From NCBI GenBank assembly GCA_016839445.1, contig JAEOUG010000104.1, positions 1 through 22,670 on the forward strand: a stretch of DNA of 22,670 nucleotides. Reading direction: 5' to 3'. The position numbers and the translations under genes are program-made. The stretch is from Candidatus Thorarchaeota archaeon. GTDB taxonomy: Archaea > Asgardarchaeota > Thorarchaeia > Thorarchaeales > Thorarchaeaceae. Under the pieces are notes generated by a model, which saw only the letters and a list, made by a program, of their open reading frames with translations, was not told where the DNA came from and searched no databases. Shown here piece after piece: positions 16,363 to 22,670 of the stretch (the stretch's first letter is position 1; each line of letters starts with the position of its first letter).

Positions 16363-17753
16363 GAGCAGTCACTTGGCTTCTCCGCATTGTCGCCACTGTA
16401 CTCTTCATCATAATGGCGTACTTGATCTACTATAGCTTGGATGTCAATGACATATGGCATTGGGACGCCCCCTATGCCTTTGTGGTCACGGTGTTCAGGC
16501 TCCTCTCACTTCTCGTCTTCTTCATGATTACGAATATGATAGGTGGTCTTGCTAGCGTCTTCACAGGTGGTGTTGTGCCAGATGACCTTGTAATAGGCCT
16601 TTACAACACAGTGGTCCTAAGATCGTGGTATATGCAGCCCTACGGTGTAGAAGGTCCTCTGACCAATCTCACTGATGTCTGGGCCTCGTTCGGCGCGAAC
16701 TTCAGCAGTGTACTTGGCGACCTCTGGACCAATACCTTCCTATTCCTCTACTTCCTTCTTGCCGGTGTCGGAATTGCTCTCTTTTTCCAAGCAATCACGA
16801 AGATGGACCACAAGTACGTTGGTGGATCCTTCATCTCCCTGCAGTCCATAATCATAATCGCGGCGTTCCGCACCCTCATCGTACCGGATCTGAACCCCTT
16901 CCCCACCGACTTCTTGGCCTTCTTGGCAAGCAATGCACAGATTCTGGCCCTTGTTTCCTTCGCCTTCCTTGAGGTGAGCTATCAGATGATCTATAGTCAC
17001 TCCGTTGGGAAGCCCGTTGAAGACAGAGAGGAAACCCTAAAGAAACAGCTCTTGGCATTGAGACAGGCCACAAGAAAGCAAGATGCCATAGAGAGAGGTG
17101 ACAAGGTCCGAACCACCGGAATGAGCCGAACCGCGGGTGCAACTGCATTCAGTTTCCTTCGCGAAGCGATAGAGCGCAAGGTCGTGGGCACCAAGGATGC
17201 GCTCGAGAATCTTGACGCCATCTCTGATGTGCGGCGGCTTCAGATATTCGTAGATGACCTGCTTCACACTGACTCGCGAGCCAAGGACGAACTCACGGCC
17301 AAGGCCGCATCTCCCTCCTCCGGATACGTCATCGGTTCCATGCTCATTGGCTCAGTGATTCGGTTCCTGAGTGTCGTTACGGTCACGTTTATTCTAATGA
17401 GTCCCGGCGTTCTCAGTGTACTACTCGACTTGCCTATTGGTATTCTCGATAGCGTTGAGATTCTTCAACCAGAGATTGTCCTAGTCCTTCTTGTTCCCGT
17501 TGCTCTTCTCTTCCCCTTTGCCGCGATGGTGATCAGCTGGCTATCACAGCGAGAGGTTGAAGACAAGCCTAAGCTGACAAAGGAAGAGAAAGAGGCTGAG
17601 AAGGCCCGTAAGAGGGAAATCGACCGCAAGAGAAGGGAAGCTGCAAGGGCTCGACGTGAGCGTGCCAAGGCCCGCAGGAAGCGAAGATTCGTTGATGAGT
17701 CCGAAAAGGACGAGTGGGATAAGGCTCTTGAGGAGACGTACGGAAGTTCATAG
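16359..17753 (+). CDS. Hypothetical polytopic membrane protein with highly charged C-terminal tail
   Basis: 464-aa ORF overlapping the DUF58 stop (TTGA) with SD GGGGGTGG; about 7 hydrophobic segments, a soluble helical region of about 100 aa and a K/R/E-rich tail; no family recognised. Confidence 0.8.
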   Translation: MRAVTWLLRIVATVLFIIMAYLIYYSLDVNDIWHWDAPYAFVVTVFRLLSLLVFFMITNMIGGLASVFTGGVVPDDLVIGLYNTVVLRSWYMQPYGVEGPLTNLTDVWASFGANFSSVLGDLWTNTFLFLYFLLAGVGIALFFQAITKMDHKYVGGSFISLQSIIIIAAFRTLIVPDLNPFPTDFLAFLASNAQILALVSFAFLEVSYQMIYSHSVGKPVEDREETLKKQLLALRQATRKQDAIERGDKVRTTGMSRTAGATAFSFLREAIERKVVGTKDALENLDAISDVRRLQIFVDDLLHTDSRAKDELTAKAASPSSGYVIGSMLIGSVIRFLSVVTVTFILMSPGVLSVLLDLPIGILDSVEILQPEIVLVLLVPVALLFPFAAMVISWLSQREVEDKPKLTKEEKEAEKARKREIDRKRREAARARRERAKARRKRRFVDESEKDEWDKALEETYGSS

Positions 17754-18739
17754 TGGGTCGATTCCTGATGGCAGACAAAGTAGTCCTTAGCCATGGTGAT
17801 CTTGACGGAATCACGTCTGGAGCGATTGCACTGCTCAAGTATCCTGGATCTGAATTCTACTTCACACGTCCCTCTCAGGTCCACCAGGACCTGTTCCGTG
17901 TGGCCAAGGACAGACCACGTCTCGTTCACATCAGTGACATTGCGATTAACGAACGACGCTTTGACGACCTCCTCCTAGCGCTCGATCGCTTTCCTGAATC
18001 CACTGACATCCTCTGGACAGACCATCATCCTATGAGCAAGGAACACCGCAAGCAGCTTGAGCGACGGGTCGACCTATTTCACGAGTCTGGTCCCTGTGCC
18101 GCAGAACTGGTCTATAGGAAGTTCGAGCAGGATCTCCCAGAGCATGCGGTGCGGCTGGCCTTGTACGGGGCCATCGGTGACTACTGCGACGATACGCCCT
18201 TTGCCCGACTCCACTTCGACGATATCGACAAGCGAACGCTGTACCTTGAGGCAGGCCTCCTAGTACAAGCACTGCAGGAGATTGACTACCGCAGTGAGTC
18301 GAAGGACTTGGTGCATCAGCTCACGCTGGGGATAAAGCCGAGCTCAATGAACGATATTGTGGACCTCGCGATGAAAGCCACAAGAATCGAGCATGAGGTG
18401 TTCAGGTACGTCCAGAGCAACGCCAAGAAGACGGGTGTAGTTGGCTACATACTCGACATGCCGGTAAATGGATACCGTGGTAAGAGCGCGAAGTTCTCCG
18501 CCTATGTTACCAATTCAAAGATTGGAATCAGTGCTAGGTCATCAGAAGATGAGGTGGACATGAGCATAAGGAGGCGAAGAACCGATCTGGACCTGAACCG
18601 CGCACTAAACGACATTCTAGTCAGCTTCGACGGCGCCTCTGGGGGCGGCCACCCTGCGGCCGCAGGTGCAAGCCTGAACAGGGATGATTTTCCCAAGTTC
18701 CTCCAGACGTTCTCAGACTACGTTAAGAATGGCGATTAG
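17753..18739 (+). CDS. DHH/DHHA1-family phosphoesterase (RecJ/NrnA-like)
   Basis: SHGDLDG, ISDI, TDHH, AIGDYCD, MSIR, SGGGHPAAAG. Start is GTG 17753 or ATG 17768. Confidence 0.92.
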   Translation: MGRFLMADKVVLSHGDLDGITSGAIALLKYPGSEFYFTRPSQVHQDLFRVAKDRPRLVHISDIAINERRFDDLLLALDRFPESTDILWTDHHPMSKEHRKQLERRVDLFHESGPCAAELVYRKFEQDLPEHAVRLALYGAIGDYCDDTPFARLHFDDIDKRTLYLEAGLLVQALQEIDYRSESKDLVHQLTLGIKPSSMNDIVDLAMKATRIEHEVFRYVQSNAKKTGVVGYILDMPVNGYRGKSAKFSAYVTNSKIGISARSSEDEVDMSIRRRRTDLDLNRALNDILVSFDGASGGGHPAAAGASLNRDDFPKFLQTFSDYVKNGD

Positions 18740-21030
18740 AATGCTGTGAAGAACGCATCAAGCATGACCCATGCCACTGTGACAACGGCCTCCCCTGCGA
18801 CCACGCCGCTGAGAATGCGACTTGTCCTATCGTAGCTCATTTCATAGATCCTTGTCTGAGTGGGCCTGTCTTCTGGCGCACACGGCGCAATGTCGATGTA
18901 GTCAAGACGCTTCTTCATTCTGTAGTCGATGGCTCCCCCGACGAGCATGGCGACCGCTGTTGCAGGAGGGATAAGTATCCCCACGACAAGGCTCATCGGG
19001 CTCATCCCTCTCTTGCTGAGCTCGCGTCCTGCCACGAAGCCAAAGATCGCATAGCTGAGAAGATACGAGAAGGCAATGATGGGGCTCACATCGCCGAACT
19101 GGTCTAGACCAGGGAGCCGAAACTCGCCAAGCCCCTCTAGGCTCGTGACCAAGAATCCAAAAAGCTGCGCCGCTGGGCTGGGAAAGTCAGAGCCGCCGAA
19201 ACCGTAGGTCAGGAATATCAAGTAGGTGATCGCCGACCCGACGAAGGTTCCTAACATCACCCCGACGAATACACCCTTAGCAATGTCACGCCCCCTCACC
19301 TTTGTCAGGCGTCCTAGCTTCAGATGAACGAGGAGCGCAATTGCTGAGTCTTGTACTGCACCCAGCATTGACACGAATGTGGTTATGACTGAGAAGCCCA
19401 CTCTGAAGAAGAGCACTGCAGGGATTGCCACAATATCCGAAATGTACCCCGCCAGCATTCCTGTTTCGCTGATGGCTCTTGCCGTGAAATACGCTGAAAC
19501 CAGTGCAAGGGGAGATCCTAGGATTATCAGAAGCCAATGAATCTGGAGCCCAGCAAAGGGTCGAATGAACCAGAAGACGATGATGTTCACTATCATGAAC
19601 AGAACCATTGAGAGTACTGCTACCCACGGAGGAATCTGTCCTCGTCTGCTCTGAAGGTACTCTCTCGGGTTCTCTATCATGGCCCGGATTTCTTCCTTGA
19701 GGGTCTGGATAGAGAACATCTCTTCTCGCACGCGCAGAAGCCTCGACAGCTCACTGCTCTTTGGAGGACATTCTGTTTCGACACCATCATCTGTGGCTAT
19801 CTCTCCCATGGGGACCTCCACATCTTCCCCATCTTCTCCAGATGGGGCCTCCTCTTTCTGCCGGCCTGTCAGAACATCACCTGCGATAATGGTCACGAAC
19901 ACGCCCAGCGCCAGATAGAGGATCTCGGCTCTCTGCAGATGTTCACCGAAGGCAATGGCGCTGTTGGCTCCCTCCAATACTATCCAGACAAACAGCGACA
20001 GCACACTACCTGCAGCTATGACCAGCGTTCTCCGCCACCCTACGAAGAAACCAATACCTGCAATCATCGGGGAGTTGTTTACACCCACCCAGTCGGGTAT
20101 CGCTCCCGCGGCAGGGACCACGCCCTCGAGGACGTTGGGGAAGGATGAGAAGGGTGACCCAGTGTAGTAATTGGAAAGTGGTTGTGACACACCCATCCAC
20201 CCTGCAGCTGCCGCAAGACCTATTCCGACAGTCTTCTTGGCCTGGGCGTCACCTCCGATGGAGTTGATACATCGAGCCTGCGGCTGTATTTGAGGCCACG
20301 CCTCATTCTCGAATCGATCCCGCATGGGCGCGAGGAGTAACATGCCGAATACTGCAGCAACGATGGTTACATAGACGATGAACTCGTAGGTGATTAACGG
20401 AGGGACGGTAGATGTTCCGTAGGCTGTTACTGGGTCATTGATTACTATTGCAGGGAAGACGATGAGAACGCCGACTGCAATCATTGCTGAGCTGTTGGCG
20501 ATTGTCACAACAATCGTGTTCTCTTGAGATGTATATCTCCCACCCACGCTGAGGAATATCGCTCCCAGCATCTCTGCGCCCACCAAGAACACGACTCCCA
20601 GCTTCAGTGCTAGGTAGATTGCCATGAAGGTCATAATGATGCCGACGACTATACCAGTTCCCAGCGCTCGCTTTGTCACAGGGTACTTGGGTTCGCTCAG
20701 CAGCGCGGCGTAGAGAGCGACACCTCCGATTGCCATGACGACGACATGTGAGAGGACACCGAAGAACCAGGCCAGGATGAGTAGCGCAAGAGCACCGCTT
20801 CCCAAGATGGCGAGATCCTTCTTGTTCGGCGGGCGTCCGAAGAGTGAGAGATACAGGAGACCTGCTTCAGCAATCACTGCAATAATGGCTCCTGGCCTGA
20901 ACCAATGCCCCTCGGTGAGCCAGAGTACGGCATAGAAGAGGCCCGCGGCGAAGAGACCACATGCAAGCGCCCTCGTCGGGTCTGAGAACAGGCCTCTCAA
21001 GTACTGCCGCATGGGGCGCAAGACTCGCAA
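18736..21030 (-). CDS. OPT/YSL-family oligopeptide transporter with N-terminal extension
   Basis: TKRAL..GIVVG...YLALKLG, ENTIVVTIANS, GIGFFVG, ETG, PSPAAQLF, SGVVAGEA and many TM helices. Start is TTG 21030 or ATG 21012. Confidence 0.82.
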   Translation of the reverse strand: MRVLRPMRQYLRGLFSDPTRALACGLFAAGLFYAVLWLTEGHWFRPGAIIAVIAEAGLLYLSLFGRPPNKKDLAILGSGALALLILAWFFGVLSHVVVMAIGGVALYAALLSEPKYPVTKRALGTGIVVGIIMTFMAIYLALKLGVVFLVGAEMLGAIFLSVGGRYTSQENTIVVTIANSSAMIAVGVLIVFPAIVINDPVTAYGTSTVPPLITYEFIVYVTIVAAVFGMLLLAPMRDRFENEAWPQIQPQARCINSIGGDAQAKKTVGIGLAAAAGWMGVSQPLSNYYTGSPFSSFPNVLEGVVPAAGAIPDWVGVNNSPMIAGIGFFVGWRRTLVIAAGSVLSLFVWIVLEGANSAIAFGEHLQRAEILYLALGVFVTIIAGDVLTGRQKEEAPSGEDGEDVEVPMGEIATDDGVETECPPKSSELSRLLRVREEMFSIQTLKEEIRAMIENPREYLQSRRGQIPPWVAVLSMVLFMIVNIIVFWFIRPFAGLQIHWLLIILGSPLALVSAYFTARAISETGMLAGYISDIVAIPAVLFFRVGFSVITTFVSMLGAVQDSAIALLVHLKLGRLTKVRGRDIAKGVFVGVMLGTFVGSAITYLIFLTYGFGGSDFPSPAAQLFGFLVTSLEGLGEFRLPGLDQFGDVSPIIAFSYLLSYAIFGFVAGRELSKRGMSPMSLVVGILIPPATAVAMLVGGAIDYRMKKRLDYIDIAPCAPEDRPTQTRIYEMSYDRTSRILSGVVAGEAVVTVAWVMLDAFFTAF

Positions 21031-21128
21031 TTCTACAGCTGGCCTCCGAGCTCGAGTGAATCATAAACAGGGGGACTATCTATCCCGAGCGTATAGGACC
21101 CTTCCGGACACATGGCCCATATATATCG

Positions 21129-21431
21129 TTATACTTTGCTTGAGAGCCTCTGAAGAATCTCTTCCGGCTCGATTCCATCAACAAGCAGTGTCTTCTCCCT
21201 TGACTTGTGTCCTCCAACTAAGACGAGACTGGACGTGGACACACCTAGCGCCTTAGCCAGCCTCTTCACCAGCTCGGTATTCGCCTTGCCTTCTCTTGCC
21301 GGTCCCTTGAGGTTGACATGGATTGAGGTGTCATCAATCTCTGAGACCAGTCTCTCATCTCTCGAGCTGGGCCGAACGAGAACCCGAATGAGCGTCCCCT
21401 TCTCCGTCTTCCATACAGGGCCAGAAAGCAT
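21129..21431 (-). CDS. DUF167 / UPF0235 (YggU-like) protein
   Basis: IRVLVRPSS, V.LKGPAREGKANTEL..LAK.LGV, GGHKSREK; SD GGAGG upstream on the minus strand. Confidence 0.93.
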   Translation of the reverse strand: MLSGPVWKTEKGTLIRVLVRPSSRDERLVSEIDDTSIHVNLKGPAREGKANTELVKRLAKALGVSTSSLVLVGGHKSREKTLLVDGIEPEEILQRLSSKV

Positions 21432-21565
21432 GCTCTCTACTCCCCCTCCAATGCATATGAAGGTGTCCGGACCTCAATATGACGGAAGGGCTGTCTAGGA
21501 TTTCTTTATTTGGGGAGGCTTCTGGTGACATCGTAAGACCGTACCTTCAACGGGGCGAATTCACG

Positions 21566-21952
21566 ATGAGCGATCCGGTAATGGATGCATACACGCAGGC
21601 GTACAACAGCTCGGGCAATATGGTGCAGGCCTTTGGTGTCATTACGGAGTCTGGCCAGGTCCTCTGGCAGAGCAACAACTGGGACCTGACTGCAGATGCC
21701 TCTGGCTTAATCGCAGCTGTCAAATCAAGATCGGCTTCTGTCGTTCAGAATCAGGTCAAGTACAGCACGATGAGGACTACCCCCGAGAGCCTTGTTGCAC
21801 GGAATGTCCAAGGCAGCGGAATTCTCGTGCTGACCAAGGTTGATACTGGCGGCGACCGGTGGGTCGTTGCTTGGGCCGATCCAAATGCACAACCTGACGG
21901 TATCTATGTTGACGTGGACCGAGCTGCAAAGACTCTCAAGGGTAAGATCTGA
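21566..21952 (+). CDS. Asgard-type profilin (copy 1)
   Basis: 128 aa from ATG 21566 (SD-like GGGGCGA); AFGVI...G.VLWQSNNWDL..D, VKY, SLVARNVQGSG, VAWA.P.A.P, AKTLKG resemble the Asgard profilin pattern (QT.NW.i..D, G.KY, N..G.G) as I recall it. An in-frame ATG at 21479 would add 29 aa. Confidence 0.8.
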   Translation: MSDPVMDAYTQAYNSSGNMVQAFGVITESGQVLWQSNNWDLTADASGLIAAVKSRSASVVQNQVKYSTMRTTPESLVARNVQGSGILVLTKVDTGGDRWVVAWADPNAQPDGIYVDVDRAAKTLKGKI

Positions 21953-22036
21953 TTGAATCCCTCACAGGCCGAGCTGTCAGTCTTGCACACGGGACACGCC
22001 AAAAGGCGTAGTCTTGGCTGGTTTGGAGGATAGACA

Positions 22037-22411
22037 TTGGAGTCAGCTATTGGAAGACAATGGTACCAGCTCTACGAAAACAACCCAAAACTGCAGGCCT
22101 TTGCTGTGTTAAAGGGTTCAGAGGTGGTATGGCAGACAGAGAACTGGAATCTGGTCGAGGATGTTCAATCAATACTGAAGGCCCAGAAGACTGGGTCCTC
22201 GAAGGTCTCCGCCTCCGGTGTGAAGTACAAGACAATTGAGAGTGATGAAGACAGCCTCATCGCCACTGCAGATAAGGACCAAGGACATCTTCTTCTGGCA
22301 CGAATAGACAAGGACGCCTGGACGATTGCTTGGGCGGAGTCCGGCTCAGTCCCTGAACTCGCACTGATTGACCTTATGCGGACAGCTATAGTCTTAAAGG
22401 GCAACGTTTAG
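22037..22411 (+). CDS. Asgard-type profilin paralogue (copy 2)
   Basis: GGAGG SD 7 nt before TTG; QAFAVL, VVWQTENWNLVED, SGVKY, SLIAT, QGHLLL, WTIAWA, LKG; aligns end to end with copy 1 at about one-third identity by manual count. Confidence 0.78.
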   Translation: MESAIGRQWYQLYENNPKLQAFAVLKGSEVVWQTENWNLVEDVQSILKAQKTGSSKVSASGVKYKTIESDEDSLIATADKDQGHLLLARIDKDAWTIAWAESGSVPELALIDLMRTAIVLKGNV

Positions 22412-22489
22412 CCGGGCGGCCCGCGATGCGGAAGGGATAAGTGGACCTCTTCCACAGCCGCGTGCACACTGACAAGGTCTTGACTTACA

Positions 22490-22670
22490 ATGACAGTAAC
22501 CGCATACATCCTGCTGAACGTCGAGATGCCTCACCAACCAGCAGTTCTAGAGGCTGTGAAGGCAATGGAGGCCTCCAGAGAGGTCTACATGATCTATGGT
22601 GCCTTTGACATCATCATCAAGGCCGAGTTTCCTGACAACAACGCATTGAGCACCTTTGTTGTTGACGAGC
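22490..22670 (+). CDS. Stand-alone Lrp/AsnC ligand-binding (RAM) domain protein, truncated by window end
   Basis: Manual translation MTVTAYILLNVEMPHQPAVLEAVKAMEASREVYMIYGAFDIIIKAEFPDNNALSTFVVDE: AYIL, V..IYG.FDII pattern; no N-terminal HTH. Confidence 0.85.
   Translation, partial: MTVTAYILLNVEMPHQPAVLEAVKAMEASREVYMIYGAFDIIIKAEFPDNNALSTFVVDE

Noticed and set aside
21950-22039. The two profilins are in the same reading frame, suggesting a read-through fusion or Sec/Pyl recoding
   Set aside because: Two different stops intervene (TGA 21950 and TAG 22031), copy 2 has its own GGAGG SD, and same frame occurs by chance one time in three.
1497-22404. Numerous 60-155 aa ORFs nested in or antisense to the main genes
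   Set aside because: No motifs; expected shadow ORFs at this GC content, fully overlapping well-supported CDSs.
1-22670. tRNA, rRNA, CRISPR array, IS element, integrase or defence island
   Set aside because: Intergenic spaces are short and show no cloverleaf, repeat-spacer pattern or terminal inverted repeats, and no ORF resembles a transposase or integrase; the MoxR locus context is envelope-type, not a recognised defence type.

Overview
Gene-dense archaeal chromosomal window of roughly 53% GC by eye, with archaeal TATA/BRE-like promoters, frequent TTG/GTG starts and overlapping genes. Two tandem profilin-like genes point to an Asgard archaeon, plausibly Thorarchaeia (inference). Left part: a 3'-truncated Hel308/Ski2-like helicase homologue on the minus strand, missing from the ORF track, with all visible catalytic motifs degenerate; a PAC2 proteasome chaperone; a coupled minus-strand operon of thrC, cytosine deaminase, NSUN/Nop2 m5C methyltransferase and NIP7; a CYTH/CyaB gene; and an HD hydrolase. 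Centre: a 12.3-kb plus-strand operon encoding a 2054-aa surface protein (pseudo-transglutaminase, about 14 Ig-like repeats, TM, DUF4129-like tail), a DUF4350-like protein, a MoxR AAA+ ATPase, a DUF58/vWA protein, an unknown polytopic membrane protein and a DHH phosphoesterase. Right part: an OPT-family transporter with extra segments, DUF167/YggU, two diverged profilins and a truncated Lrp/AsnC ligand-binding protein. I found no tRNA, rRNA, CRISPR array or mobile element. All family calls are from motif recognition by eye, not database searches.
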